Source: Octopus sinensis (lineage: Eukaryota). From it: 64,000 nucleotides of DNA. Position numbers and translations under genes: made by a program. Below are positions 11,751 to 26,500 of this stretch, in pieces. The stretch lies in NCBI RefSeq assembly GCF_006345805.1, contig NC_042999.1:141732001-141796000 (forward strand), in the 5' to 3' direction. How positions within the stretch are numbered: position 1 is the stretch's first letter; every line of letters begins with the position of its first letter. The notes below the pieces were generated by a model. The model did no database searches. It saw only the letters and a program-made list of their open reading frames with translations, and was not told the DNA's origin.

Positions 11751-14119
11751 TCTCTAAAATGCAAGATGGTCACAGATTGAAAACCTTTGATTATATAAAT
11801 CTGTTTGATCAGTCTTCATGCTATATAGCGTCATTCTTTCATTTTTCTTAATTATTGATATAACCGACAGCCAAAAGTTGGTAGCTTTGGTGTAGCTAGT
11901 TTGGTTTTTCACTTTTCAAACAGATAGTGAGCTTTCATTACTTGGGACTGTAATATAAGAACCAGTAACATGCTGCTAATTAACTAGTCCATTATAATCT
12001 GCATGTAATTACTGATAAGGATGAGGTAGTTGAGAGCCAGACAAGTATGGTCTCCAGATATGAACCTGTCTGCTGAAGGTGCATCAGTGAACAGATAACA
12101 ATTTTTCATCTGTGTAGAATTGTTTTTGAGCTAGTTGGGTGGAGCTAGCACATCTGATATGGGTGGGAAATTTGTTCCAAGATGGGTTTAATGTGTATGT
12201 TTAAGTGGAGCATGAAAGTATGGTGGAACATACTTTCGGACTATAAAGCATGAGAATATTGTGAGATAAAGATTGTCATAAAACCTGTAGAAGAGTTTAT
12301 ATGTAGGACAATTTGGTGATCAGGCATTTGGACATTTGACAAGAAACGTGTTTTATTATAAGAAAGATAATTTTCTTTCTTGGCTGCTGAGTACTTTAAT
12401 ATATTATCAATTTTCAGTTAAGTCAATATCACACTTAAAATCACTACATATTCCTTGTATCTTCCCTGTAAATTTGAGGTTTCATACCAATGTATGAAAG
12501 TAAAATTGTATTGTATATGGCATTAACTTTGTCATCAAAACTTAGAAACATGCACTTTATAAGTATTGGAAAATATACTTGACCGGAAAAGCAAGAGTAA
12601 GATGCTCTACTTAATACACTGCTTGATTGATGACATGATCTTAAGCGATACCCAATACATCTCACTTAGTCATACTGCACCCTATACAAATTACCTTGGC
12701 TAAATACACTGCTCCACACACCTTGCACCGATTAACACTTTGCTCTTGCTCTTTGATTTTTATGTTTATGCATTTCTTCAGTTTTGAAATTCCTTTTTGA
12801 AGGTTATAGTATTTCAGCTACATAACTTTTGCAATATCTCTGTCATATGTCTCGCAACTAATAGACAATCAAAATGGTTCTGTGTTCCCAAGCTTGACCA
12901 TTTTCATTATTTTACTATTTCTTTCACTTAATTTTGGCTACTCTATGCTTTTAGAAGTAAGATGGTAGAGTAAATAAGATATTGGACCACCTACCTACTC
13001 ATTGCATAGGTTGTGGTTTGAGATCTACTGCTGGCATTCCAATGTAATTTCTGGGCAGAATGCTTTATTGCTTCAGTTTACCAATCTGTTAGGAATAGGT
13101 AACAAATCAACTGAAACTGACTTGTGGTAGACCAAGATCTTGTACAACAGATGATTTATCTCTTTTGCTTCATACCATAAATTTGAAGGTATGCACCAAT
13201 CCTTAAATGGGGCTTAGAAGAAAATTACATTTCCATCAGGCTTTGCATGCTAAGCTACATGAATAAGGAATTCGTTCAAAATAGATGAGTTAGTGTAAAG
13301 CCCATCCCACTCTCTCACTCAAAGCATGTCTCTAACAGTGCATGGATGCCAAGCCAAATTGTGCACATTGTGATTATTAACACATTTTTTGTTTCGTGGT
13401 TAAAATTTTTTTTTCTTGCATAAAAATACCTTCATTGTCTGGATGTCATTCTCTTGGGTCTGAAAGCCTCTTCAATAGTCATGAGGAAGTCTTCATACTA
13501 ATTTATGTATATATAATTTGAAAAGGCAGATCACAATTACACCTCTAGTTAGAAGGCAGTTTATCAAAAATAGCATGACTATTTATTTTGTTCAGTTTTT
13601 TCATTTTTATTTTCTTTTTCTTTGCTGATGGAGGTAAATCTAGAAATGCTTTCAGGAATATATAGTTTTTCTTCATTTACACAAATTATGAAAAATATTT
13701 TAAAGTATGCTGTATACTTGCCACTTTGCACACTGTATTACATTCCACATGCTGACTTGAGGTATTTGCTTCAACCTAGATTAGCTAGATCGTTGTTCAG
13801 GTGTATTTTTAACATTCTCACTGTAATCTTGTTTTCTTTATTCACCTTAACTATGTTTAATAGCAACAAATATCATTGAAAGTGACTGAGACAAGTGGAG
13901 TAACTTTACATATTCTATATTTCTGCAGACTTTTTTGTTTGCTTTTTTTTAAGCCTATTCATTCTCAGGCACATCTTACAATGATTCCCTGCATTTTTTC
14001 TCTTTTTTTTAGTGCATTAGTGATATAATGAATATTTAGAACTGACCCTCCTATATTAAGGAGTAATTTTACAGAGCTTTTTCATAAATTTATTATCTGT
14101 TTTGAAAGATATCTTAGAT

Positions 14120-17100
14120 TTATGAAGCCAGATGAATACAATAAAATTAATTTATTTCTATTAAGTCTGGGAGGTGTTCAATATTTGGTTACTCTGATGA
14201 AATAGTGGTTTAAGATTGCAAAAGAGACAGCTGAGGATGTCATTAACTACTTTTCACGAATAAAGCATTTCATTGCATCTAAATTTACAAATGATAAAAA
14301 TACTCAGTGAACAATCACCTGGAAACAATCACCTGGACAACCTGTTAATGACTTTGTCAGTTCTCTTTGACAAATATTGCAGACTTCCTATATCATTTGC
14401 AAAAGAAGTTCTTACAGGTGCTTTTTGCCTAGAGCTTTAACCATTTGAAAAGTAGTTTTCCATAGCTTTGTGTTTTTTCATAAAACTAGAAAAACCCTTA
14501 TTCAAGTGGAAGAATCTATCATTAGTGCTATAGACAGCATCTTAAGACATTCTAATTCTTATGTTGCTGTTGGGAAATTAACTTTTAGTCTAAAACTTGT
14601 TTTTAGGATAGCTCTTACCTTACATGGCCATAGAGAATTTCCTGCTAACTGATAAACAATGTAAGGTAATGGAACATTTTGCAAAGATATTTTGGAAACC
14701 AAAAGTATTAAAAGTATCCTTCCATCAAAAGCAATTCAAAGTAGTGAAATAAATTGTTTCCTAGTAACTAAAGTTTCTGTTGTCTATGGAATATCTGATT
14801 CTGCCATTTTTGGAATTTCTGCATTATCACAACTACAGTCACTTCAATTTAAATTTAAAGATAAACTTCCACCTTTAATTATATTGCATGTGTTAATCTG
14901 AAAGTTAATATATTTAACAAACATTTAAAAGTCTGAGTATTCATTGTCTCAAACTTAGGAATTTTAGTAAAAGTAATAATTTTGCTTCACTCAGACTCGT
15001 TCTTTTGAAAACCTCAAATTCATTAAAGTTGAAATTAATAAACTACTGGATGAGGGAATATTTATATCTTCAGAGTCATGGTGTTCTCAAGTGTTGAAGT
15101 CAATAAAAGTTGTGGCAAAAAGTGTTTCACTACGTATCTACTATTAACAGATATACCCAGCTAGGTACATTTCCTATCCCATTTATTAGTAATGTTTTAA
15201 ACCTAAGTTACAGAAATCATAATTTCAGTATGGTTGACCTTCATTCAGCACATTAAGTGTAGTTTACTCCTCAAGAGTAACATTTTACTTCTTTCGAAGC
15301 TAATAGTGAATTATTCCAATTTATGCAAGATTCTGAAATTACAAATAGCATTAGCTTTTAGCAGAGTAGTGAAAGAAATTAAAGACTTAAAAGAAATAGC
15401 CTCATTACTTTAATGTGGTGATTTGTGGAGAAAATACTAAAATATCTTCTGTTGTGAATATGTGCAAATGAGAGGGCTTTAACTCCAATCTAAAATAATG
15501 TAAAATCAGTGTGACTGAGTTACTATTTCTGGGTTACATATTTAGAGAAGGTAAGAAACAATTAAAGAGCTTCCTTATGTTCATCATCTTCCAACACTTG
15601 GTTCCCTACTTACGATTGAAGCAGATATTCATCTGTTTCATTAAAAGTTTCTGTGCTAATTCAAAATGGGCAGCCAATTTGCTACTATTCACATAGATTG
15701 AGTGCTATTGAAAAGATATAACTTGTTGCAGCTCATATTTTATCATTTGAAAAATATGCAACACTACCTGTTAACACAAAAATTCAAACTTAATATAGAT
15801 CAACAAACAATAACTTTCCTTATGTTACTTAGTCTCCATCTAATACTAATACTCTGTAAGACTATAGCTCACAGAGTTCACATGAAATACAGTACCATCC
15901 AAGAAGTACTTGTAAGATGATGAATTGATATCAATAGATTCCCTCAAATGCTCAGAGAGATCATTAGAAGTAGATAGCTTCTGTTACCTAAGAGACCAAG
16001 TTAGCTGTGGATGAAGAAGTTCTGAAAGTATAGTTAATAGAATAAGGAGTGAGTCAAAGTTCAGAGCTTCTACTTTTGTGCAAGAGAGAAGACTGTGCTG
16101 GTTTAATCATGTAGTGTGTATGGAGGAGTACAGTTGCATAAAGAAGTTCCATTGTAATTGTGAAGGGAACCTGTGGAAGACGGACAAAGTGGCAAGAAAG
16201 AATCTTTGGATGTTGGGCCTCATTAAGGAAATGATAAGGAACTGGGAGTTGTGGTGATGCACCAAGCAAAGTAAAATTGCTGTCCTCCGTACATATAGGC
16301 TTGTCCTTTACAAATGCTGGTGCCATATAAAATTCACTCATGTTGGTGCAACATAAATGTACCCATGCTGGTGGCACATGAAAAGCACCTGGCACACTCT
16401 GTAAAGTAGTTGGCATTAGGAAGAGCATCCAGCCATAGAAACCATACCATAACAGACAATTGGAGTCTGGACAGCTCCCAGCTGGTCAGTTCCATGACAA
16501 ACCATCTAACCCATGCCAGCATGGAAAATATATGTTAAATGATAATGAAGAATTTGAATAGATAAGCATTACACTTGATAGTAATCTGAATGCTAAGGGG
16601 TTAAATACACAAATTGGCTTCTATGAAGAGTCAGTTCTAATAATCTGTTACAAAAACACATTACAGATGAAATTAGATTGTATGTGTATGACATTAAAAC
16701 CTTATTTCATCAAGAGTTTCAACTTGCTAGCTTATACAATCAACAAAACCTTGCAGCAACTGTCCCTTGATATTGTAGGACCAAAATCAATTACTATAAT
16801 GAGTGACTCTTACATTCTGACAGTAGCTAATGAGTTTATGTATTATTGTATTTGTTTTACAAAAAGAAAATTTTCCAAGCTCTCATTAAAAGCTTCTACT
16901 CATTATTCACTTGGTTCAGAGCTCCAAGCTTTGTTCATAGTAACCATGGCACTCAATATGAAAGCACTGGGTTTGGAATTTTTAAGTAGAAAGAACAACT
17001 CATCGCTATAAATTACCAAATGGACAATATGAATGTTACAATGGGAAGATGTGGAAAACTACTAAGTTGTACTTAATTCAAGCAAACAAGATGATAAAAG

Positions 17101-17440
17101 AACTTGCTCGGGTGGTGATTTAAAAATGTAATTAAAGTACTCCCTTAATGTCCTCATTTAATTTTTAACAGGGAAGCCTGACAGTCTCAACAAGCCATTT
17201 ATCTCAAACTCCTGAACACAAAGTTTTAGGTAACACTGAAACCTGCAAACCTTTAGTCATGTATCCTCTCTCTTAAGCAAGTACAACTACAACAATCATA
17301 AGTTTGGAAATAGTAAATGCTGAGAACATCTAAAATGTTTACTGCAACTTAACTATCAATTCTAGCGTCCTGAAAGGAGCAAGAAGAATGCTTGCTTATT
17401 TGGATGTGTATGATATGTCCTAATGACCAACAATGACTTT
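14120..17440 (+). mobile_element. Degenerate Ty3/Gypsy LTR retrotransposon pol remnant (RT-RNase H-integrase), boundaries approximate
   Basis: Frameshifted peptides in Gypsy order: NKLLDEGIF (~15040), TINRYTQLGTFPIP (~15140), KISVTELLFLGYIF (~15500), VLIQNGQPICYYSHRLS and QHYLLTQKFKLNIDQ (15650-15800), LSLDIVGP..YILTVANEF and PSFVHSNHG (16760-16950). Interrupted by an RTE fragment at about 15930-16550. Confidence 0.8.
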
Positions 17441-18220
17441 TGTTAGACTTTGTATTGTTAATTACCAAGTTTTTTTGGGTTTTTTTACCATTTGGAAGTT
17501 ACCATTTGACATTTCTTAATGTTCTTCCCCTTGTTGAATATCTTATTGAATATTCTTTATTAAAACATATAAATCAGATGACTTTGTTTACAACTTCTGA
17601 TGTGTGACATTCATCTTTGGTTGGACATTCACTGTTTGAAATTATAAACACTCAGAAACAAAACCAGAATGTAGACTTCACTGGAAGCGTAGCTTCAACT
17701 CTAGTGTGTGCTTGCTTGTTTCAATTAAATGTAGATGCTATTGTATTGAAGATTAACTTACTTACCTGAGCAATTAATGAACATTTTTTATTGTCAATTA
17801 CTTGGGATTTATATTGGCAATTAACTTAAGATGAGTTATTTTAGGTTTTTATTTAACACATGTTTAATAATTCATGTGAATGATATCCTATTATCTTGGC
17901 CAGGTGTAACTTACAAAATCTATATTACTATTAAGCAGCATAAATCTTATACAGCTTAGATGATGTTTAGATGAGTTTCTATGTGATTCTGAAGCTGTGT
18001 GTAAGATTCATAGGGATGCTCAAAATGTAATGGAACATGTGGTAGTTATGCCAATCTTATGATCATTGATGATATGAATGAAGTAAAATACCTACAACTC
18101 GGAGCATTAGATTTATCTATTGTTATAAGGTTCATTTGTTTCTTTATGGAAGCAAGTTTATATATTTGAAAACTGGGCAACAAACTTGCCAAGCACCAGG
18201 TATAAAAAGCATTATAGATC

Positions 18221-18304
18221 CATAAAAACAATTTTATATCTGACCCTTACAGATTGATTAACCCAGCTAAATCTGAAATAGGATTAGTTAATAAAACATA
18301 TTTT
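18221..18304 (+). mobile_element. Penelope-like element RT fragment
   Basis: Translates HKNNFISDPYRLINPAKSEIGLVNKTYF, resembling the HK.NF...P.RLINPAKSEIG motif of Penelope-like RTs (recalled, not searched). Confidence 0.6.
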
Positions 18305-18329
18305 AAATTAGAAAAGCCACCAACCTACA

Positions 18330-19380
18330 ACAAGGGTTTCCTGAAAGTAATGCAAAAGTGAGCATAACTTTTTTATTAACTGACATTGTTTGTTTAAATT
18401 GCACATGTTTAGTAGCATAACTTCTTTATAGAGAGGTACTATTTAGCATAATCTTCATCACAATGATGATTTACACCCAACTTTAAAATCCTCTTCAAAA
18501 AAATTCAGGTGTGCTATTGTACCCCACTTTTGTTCCACTTTCACCTCCTCTGTGTCATCAAACTGACCCCTAACAACTTTCAATGAACTGAACTAGTCAG
18601 ATGGTGCCAAATCCAGGGTAGATGGGGCACCACTGATATGCCCAATTTGCTGCTGGTTGCCTAATTTGTTGCCAATTTTAATTAGACATGCTCATGATGA
18701 ATATGAACTCTTTTCCATTTTTTTTTTTTTTTTTGATCTCTTGAGCATTTCAATGTACTGCTTGGTTGTCAGAGTCTAACCACAAAAATCAAGGAGAATG
18801 ATAACCAGTTTCACCCTTCCATAAAAAAAAAAGCCCATTAAAAAAAACAAAAAACTTTGTCTCAGTTACTAGCTCTTGAATTCTTAGGCTTTGGAAAAGA
18901 GGTATGACATCATTCCATGGACTGAATCATAAAAATACATTGTTTCATTCCCTTTGTCTCTTTCTTGATCTTAAAGATACATTCATGTTTCATTCCCTGT
19001 CACCAGATCCAAAAAAATGTGTTTTCATTAGCTTCAAACACTTCCTTCCAGTAAATCAAAGCAGACTTTCATTCTTATTTCCTTCAAATTGAATATCAAC
19101 TGTCATACACTTTCTGATATCCAAGGTCTTCCATCTTCTATAATGGATTGTGACCACAAAATTCTTTAATGGATTGTGACCTCAATATACTTGTATAATT
19201 GTAACTCATCTGCTCATGCAATTTAATGTCCACTCTCTGATAATTTGTGTCAGTGGTTGCAGTTCATCTCTCCACACTGTATATTTTGTCTTCAGTGCTG
19301 GTTTCCCTTTCTTTAAACTTTTTTAGTTCATCTGTACACATTGATATTGCCAGGGTTATCATTTCCATGAACAACCTTGT
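18330..19380 (-). mobile_element. Degenerate mariner transposase remnant
   Basis: Minus strand gives VTGNET* (cf. IVTGDETW, ~18985-19003) and LDLAPSD* (cf. YSPDLAPSDY, ~18595-18620). Confidence 0.65.
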
Positions 19381-21629
19381 CTTTAAAACATACATATACA
19401 TGCAGATATGCACACAATATATAGTCGTGATATAGTGATGTAACTAAGATATAATGCATATATGTGTGCATATAATTGTATTGACCAGACTATTGAATGT
19501 TGTTGCACACTGTTGATTACAATGTGATTCTTTGAATTGTTATAGCTTTCGACTGATTGTACCCCCTCTGTCTGTCTGTCTGTTTCTCTCTCTCTCTCTC
19601 TCTCCACTCACACACACACACATGGAGGGAGGGAGAAAATGCCTTGTACTTCATCGGTCCAGTTCTGGTGAGTTGTGGCTGTGAATTTTATTTGTTATGT
19701 CAATGACATTCTAAAGGAACTCGCTTTTCTGCTTTCTAAAATTACAAAAAACATCATTCCAAATTTTGGAGAAGAATAACCAAGATCACTTCATCAAACT
19801 GCAGAAATGATTAAGCAATCTAAATTTTAACATAATTTAATTTTTTTTTTTATATTGAAGTTAATTGCTCTAACTTTTAAAAATTACTGTCATTTTAGTT
19901 TGTATGTTGAAACTTGCAGCAAGCCAGCTATATTGACAAACCAATAACTCTCTGACTGGAAAGTCAATTGTTCCCATTCCACAATGGCATTGTTGATGTA
20001 TCTTTGGCAATGCTCTGTAATTATAACTCTAAAAGTACACCTAGCTGAAGATAGGTACTTTTGGAAGGTACAGCTTACCATTGTAAACAATGATAATACT
20101 TTGTAATTGACATATTTTATTAATTGTTGAACTTGAATTTCCTTTACAGTTTAGTTGAGTCTGACATATTATTGCAGCAGATTGACATAATCATTATAGT
20201 GTCTGAAAAAAAATTGCTTTGCAGCATTCTTTCTAGCTCTTTTACATTCTAAGTTCAAATCCTGCCATGGTAAACTTTACCTTTTGTCCATCCAGGGCCA
20301 ATGGTGTCACTCCTCCTTCACTCAAAATTGCTGGCCTTATAAATTAGAAGCCACTGTTTGTTCAAGACAAATTTAAAAGAGAGTGATGGGGTGCTCATGT
20401 TTTATCCAAAATTTATGGAAACTATTTTTGTGTGCTCTAGTTGTCTTTTACTCAAGTTATTTGTACGTTGTTGCTTTCTTGTTATTGTTTTAGCAGGTCA
20501 AGTGGATTTATTTGAAAAATATGACATAAAAGTAAACAAATCTGATATTTTACCTCATAATAAAACAGACTGTGTACAAAGGTATTTTAGACTGATTGCA
20601 ACCTAATAATTTGGTTACCACTCTAGCAATGAAAATAGTTTGCAATTTTTTTAATGAATGGTGCTAGTGTTTTCAATATATGGTAATGATATTATATGCT
20701 TATATAGCAGCTGGTTGAGTTGCTTCTAATTTAACTGTGGTGGCCATTCCATTTATCTTTACCTCTGAATAGTTGCTAGTCCAGTTGCTTCTATTTGTGT
20801 CTAGGTGCCAATGCAGTCATGTTTTGTATAGCTGCCTGTCAAATTATTACCAATCCAGTTATTTACCTCTGCATATGAACAGTTAGTGATCTGTATAGGG
20901 TTGTCAGTGCAGTTGCTATGTCCCTTGTAGATTACCAGTCCATTTGCTTGTGTCAACGTATTGTTGCTAGACCAGTTGTTTGTCTTTACAGTTACTTGTC
21001 TGTTTATAGAACTGCAAGTTAAGATGTTCCTGTGATTTCAGAAATGAAGTTTTAAAAATATCAAGAATTTGCCTTCTCATATAATATATTTACTGGATAC
21101 TGTTTGCTTTTGTCTGTGTTGATTTCCAATTTATTTTTACTAGAGTTGGCAGGTGGATGGTTTGTGTCATGGAAGATATATTGCACTTAGTTGCATCTGC
21201 AACTTATCTGTTTAGCAGTTTGCTAAACAGTTAGTCTGGAAATAGATGTCAAATTAGATTGAAACAAATATTGTTGAATTTAAATTCAGTTTAACATATG
21301 TAGATAAGTTTGTATAAATGTATGGATGATTACATTTTTACCTACTTATGTCAGTAGTCATGAGTGTTGTGCAAATGTGTACAAGTGTTGTATGTAACTG
21401 TATTTTTTCTTTGCAGCTGCCAATTGCTGTTTTTTGCATGCCTACTTAACATTTGTTAAAGAAAACATGCTTGATAATCATTCTCATGTACCCTACCATC
21501 TTCAGTTTTTTTCACATTTTGTTTTCTGTTCATAAGCATATGCTTAGAAAACAGTCTGATGAATTAAACTTGTTGAAAATTCTAATTTGGGTTGAAAAAT
21601 CATGCATGATTTGAGGAGGTATGTTTTGT

Positions 21630-21631
<2 letters not shown>

Positions 21632-21669
<38 letters not shown>
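21632..21669. repeat. (CT)n microsatellite
   Basis: Directly visible. Confidence 0.95.
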
Positions 21670-21671
<2 letters not shown>

Positions 21672-23169
21672 AATGATATTATTAGCAATGTGACAAAGCC
21701 AAAAACAAAGAGCATTAAGTTTGTTTATGCTACATTCCTCCATAATGACATCAAGGAATTTTTACCAAGTCTCCATAGAATTAGTCCTCTTTGAATAACT
21801 TAGATGAATCGATACATATTTTTTATTGTCTTCCTTCACATCTACCTCTGCTTTCCTTTATGTAAAAAAAAAAGATTCCAGTCAAAATAAATTGTATGCT
21901 AGTTTTGACTCCACTTTTAGTATTGAGTTGCCCCATCAGTAAATGCTCTGTTATTAAAACTGCTTGAATATATTACCCTTAAATAAACATATAGTTTCAT
22001 TTATTTAATTTTATCTGTTTTTCCATTCTAGCAAGGGTTAGCTGTATGTATTATTGAGGTTATTTTTTACAACCAGATGTCCATCAACATCTACAAGGTT
22101 TGAACTCAAAATGTAAAAAGCTGGAACAAATGCTACAAAGCATGTTTTTTGATGCTCTAACAATACTGTCAAGCCACTAATAATTTCTGATATGAACACA
22201 AAGGAATAGTAGTTTAAATCAACTCCACCACTGTACTTAACTGGTACTGTTTTATCAGCCATGCATGTACATGCGTGTGTATAGACATATTCAATAGGTT
22301 CATAAAGAGTAATTAATTTCATTTTTACCTTCCTCTGCACTCTTACATGCAACTGACTTAGGGAATGAATTGTGTTGATAAACTGAGGAGCTCTTACCAT
22401 TATATTTAGTTCTCACACCCAGATCTAAAATGGAAAATGATATCAAGTCAAGCAATACATTTGCAAAGAATATTGTGTATTTATGCATTCACATGTGCAG
22501 GTGTACTTACTGTAAGGTGTTGGTTTTAAGCTTGTGGTGATGGAGAGTTCTGCAACACAAATTTATTTGTTGCTACGCCATTTAGAGAGATGGTTTCCAA
22601 CATGGTGACATTCCCTCATCACAATACATGATTCAGTTGCCCTTTAGGATGTAGTGAATGTGTGTATAGCAGCTAGACTATTAAACCCTATACCATAGGT
22701 TTCATCTGTCAACCAGATGATTTTTAATGTTTTAATTATTCAAGTGAGTTCACACATACTCACAAACATGTATTAACTATTTACTTTTCTCTAACAGAAA
22801 CCATAAACATAAGCACAGTAGTCCCTCTGTATATCTTTTTTTCTTATACTACTAAATTCCATGTTAACTTGCACACTTTATTCACCAAAATCACATTACA
22901 GTTACATGTAATGTTGGTATTAGGCTGCTAGACTTTTTTTTCATCCACTTATATTTTAAGTAAAATGCACAAAGTAATAAAGCTGTGTTATTTCTTATAT
23001 ATATTAAGATTGAGAGATAGATATTAAATAATATAAACTAATATATTGGATTATTGTAGATTATCTTGCTCCTAGCAATTGTGCAGTACTGCATGTTATA
23101 TGTGGTATGTATATATGTGTGTATATTTAGTTTTTTCCCCTCTATATACAGTGATACAATCAATTTGTA

Positions 23170-23232
<63 letters not shown>
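23170..23232. repeat. (TG)n(TA)n compound microsatellite
   Basis: Directly visible. Confidence 0.95.
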
Positions 23233-23234
<2 letters not shown>

Positions 23235-23249
23235 ATGTATAATGTCAGT

Positions 23250-23960
23250 GTGCATACATGACGGAGTGTAAGCGCCCTGAGAGAAGAGTTGAACTTAAGA
23301 AGCATCAGATGTAGTGTGCAAGAGAGACGACTATGCTAGTTAGGTCATGTGTTGCGTATGGATGAGGACAGCTGTGTGAAAAAGTGTCACACCCTAGTAG
23401 TATTGGGAACCTGTGGAAGAGCTACACCCAGGAAGACCTGGGATGAGGTGTTGAAGCACAACCATTGAACATTGGGCCTCACCAAGGCGATGACAGGTGA
23501 CAAAGACCTTTGGAGATATGCTGTGCTTGAGAAGACCCGGCAAGGCAAGTGAGACCATAACTGTGGCCTATGCCAGTTCAGCAAAATCGGCTCATTTAAG
23601 AGTACGCTTCAATCATTGGGCAATAAACTGCACTTTCGAAGACCTGTTGAAGCAAGTGAAGTCGTTGTCATGGCTGATGACAGTACCGCCTGATTGGCAC
23701 CCATACTGGTAGCACATAAAAAGCTCCATTTGAGCATGGCCGATGCCAGTGCCACCTGACTGGCTCCTGTGTTGGTGGCACATAAAAAGCACCCACTACA
23801 TTCTCGGAGTGGCTGGCGTTAGGAAGGGCATCCAGCTGTAGAAACATTGCCAGATTGGATTGGAGCCTGGTGCAGCCTCCTGTCTCACCAGCCCTCAGTC
23901 AAACCATCCAACCCCATGCCAGCATGGAGATGGGCATTAAACAACAACAATGATGATGAT
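23250..23960 (+). mobile_element. RTE-like LINE 3' fragment (RT C-terminus plus 3' UTR)
   Basis: LREELNLRSIRCSVQERRLC*LGHVLRMDEDSCVKKC-like coding followed by the shared 3' tail and (gat)n. Confidence 0.8.
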
Positions 23961-24082
23961 GGTTATATATAACAAAACTTTCCATGAAGTCAAACATCTG
24001 AGGATCTGTAACGAGAAACTCCAAACTCAAATTCAACCTTTTCTTAAAATTGTTCTACCAACTTTTTCTATTTGTCTATCTG

Positions 24083-24122
<40 letters not shown>

Positions 24123-24779
24123 GTATGTATAGAGAGGTAGGTAAATAGATAGATAGATAGAAAGAATGCAAGACAACTATACTTACTTTAGCCAATCTTG
24201 CATGCTCTTATGAGTAAAGAAAACAGTACATTTGAAATTACAAGGAACAAGTTATAAAGTTATTTTACAAATTTAGGCAGCCTGTATCATTTTCAATGGC
24301 TCTGATTTATACTGACCTTGTTGACTGTAACTATGTGTTATTAAATAGGCATGCTAATGCTATAATTAGACAGCAATTCAAGGATTTGGCTTTCTTAAAA
24401 AGTTTGGCTTTGCAAATTATTGTAAGTTGAAATCATAAAATGATTTTTGGCTATTTTAATTCATACTAGCTTTTGTTGAATTTTTTTTTTAATGGCTCAG
24501 TAAATAGTTATTTCTACATTGAGATGCCTTTCATAATAGCAAACAATTTTGGATTTGTCCTGGACGTTAGCACTTGGAATACTGTTTATAATTATTATTC
24601 ACGAGTACAGTAGACTGAAGAGTGACATATTAAATGTTTTCTGATATTTAGTTAGGAATTTCACCTTTATGTGGGTGATAAAATAGTACCAGTCAAGTAC
24701 AGGGGAGTTGATTTAAGCAACTATTCCCTTGTGTCAGTTTCAGAAATTATTATTCCTATGCAAGGTAGTGAGATGGTAA

Positions 24780-25430
24780 CATTTCCTTTGGCTCTTTACA
24801 TTCTGAGTTCAAATTGTGTTAAGATTGACTTTGCTTTTCATCTATTTGGAATCAATAAAATGAGCAGTAATCAACTTGCCACTTCTCTCAAAATTTCTAG
24901 CTTCATACAAAAGTTAGAAAGACTATCATTTATTATTATTATTATTTAAGGTGGCAAGCTGACAGAATCATTAGCACGCTGGATGAAATGCTTAGCGGCA
25001 TTTCATCCTTCTTTACACTCTGAGTTCAACTGCTGCCAGGGTTGACTTTGCCTTTCATCCTTTTGAGGGGTTGATGTAATCAACTAAACCCCTCCCTTGA
25101 AACTGCTGGCGTTTTTCCAAAATTATTATTATTGTTGATTGGCAGAACCACTAGGGTATTGGAAAAAACATCTTGTGGTATTTGTTCTGGCTTGTTGCAT
25201 TCTGAGTTCTAATCTTACCAATCTAGTATTGACAAATCCCCTCCCATCCAAATTGCTGGCTTTGTACCTAAATTACATTAATGCATTAAATATGATCTGG
25301 CATTTAATTAGGTCCCTTTGCAATTTGCATTCAACAACCACCATTGACTTTGCTTTTTGTTTTCCTAAGAGCTTGGATTGAAAGATATTCTCCTCCAAAA
25401 TTTGAAGCTATGTGCTCATAGGTTGGAAAT
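24780..25430 (+). mobile_element. Cluster of degenerate family-1 SINEs
   Basis: Repeated ttctgagttc.../gactttgc..ttcatc blocks; best-preserved copy at about 24950-25120. Confidence 0.75.
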
Positions 25431-26209
25431 TAGTATTAAGTTAGAGTAGCAACAAATATAAGAACACTGAAGTAAAATCCTTTCTCCCTTCATATACATC
25501 TTGCTTGAAACTGAACTCTATATGAAAATCCACTAGTATATTGGATCTGACCATATGAACCATACTATGTAAGACATGTGAGAGATTACTATTTGTTAAA
25601 AGCATGTTAAAACTTGTGCTGTATCAGTTACTTGTCCATTCAAAATTTTTTTTTTTATTTCCTCTCAGAACTTTTGTTTTCATTGGGGAAAACTCTATGC
25701 ATCATAATGCCACAAATCATTATCTCAAGCATAATATGTAACTGAAGAAATGATCATAATATATAGTAGTGGATTTTGGCATAAAAAGTAAAGCCTAATC
25801 TAGTTTCATTAGGGTGTCTTAGAAGTTAATTGGTTTTTAGTGATATTATAGTTATTACCTACATATAAAATATAGACTATTGTGTGTGTGTATATATATA
25901 TATGGGAGTGGGGCAGTACTATGGTGTAATAGTATTGTCCACAGATGTTAAAGAAAGTAGTTAATTGCTCATGTCAGTTTCAAGTAGCAGTGTTCTATGC
26001 AAATTAAATTCTTCTATTACAGGGAAATTAAAATCTACTTGGAATACTTGCAAATTGAAGGAAATGAATTGCTGGAGCAATGTTGCAAGTTAAAGCTACA
26101 CATTTAATAATGTAGCAGATCTTTCATAATCAAGTTAGATACCCACCTGGTACTGGATATCTGTATATGATGAGCTCAATATAAGTAAATTATAGCCTGG
26201 TGTAGATTT

Positions 26210-26500
26210 GTCAGTTATGACAGGTGTTCCAGCTGATTCAATCAACAGACCAGCTTGCTTGTGAAATTAACATGTAAGTGACTGAGCACTTTAGACACAT
26301 GTACCCTTAAAATAGTTCTCAGAGAGATTCAGCATGACTCAGAATGTGACAAGGCTGGCCCTTTCAATTACAGATACAACTCGTTTTTGTCAGCTGGGTG
26401 AAATGGAGTAACATGAAATAGTGTCTTGCTCAAGGACACAAGGTGGGAATCAAACTCACAACCTTATTATCATGAGCCAAATATCTTAAACACTAAACCA
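26210..26500 (-). mobile_element. SINE-like repeat, third family
   Basis: gtgtcttgctcaaggacaca...ggaatcaaactc...cttaaacactaaacc reads as a reverse-complemented tRNA-like head plus central domain. Confidence 0.55.

Noticed and set aside
22525-22550. KLVVM-like stretch as Ras exon 1
   Set aside because: No upstream MTEY, no VG-G|GT donor; chance match.
23259-23280. ATG ACG GAG TGT AAG (MTECK) as Ras start
   Set aside because: It continues RP, not LVVVG, and lies at the edge of an RTE fragment.
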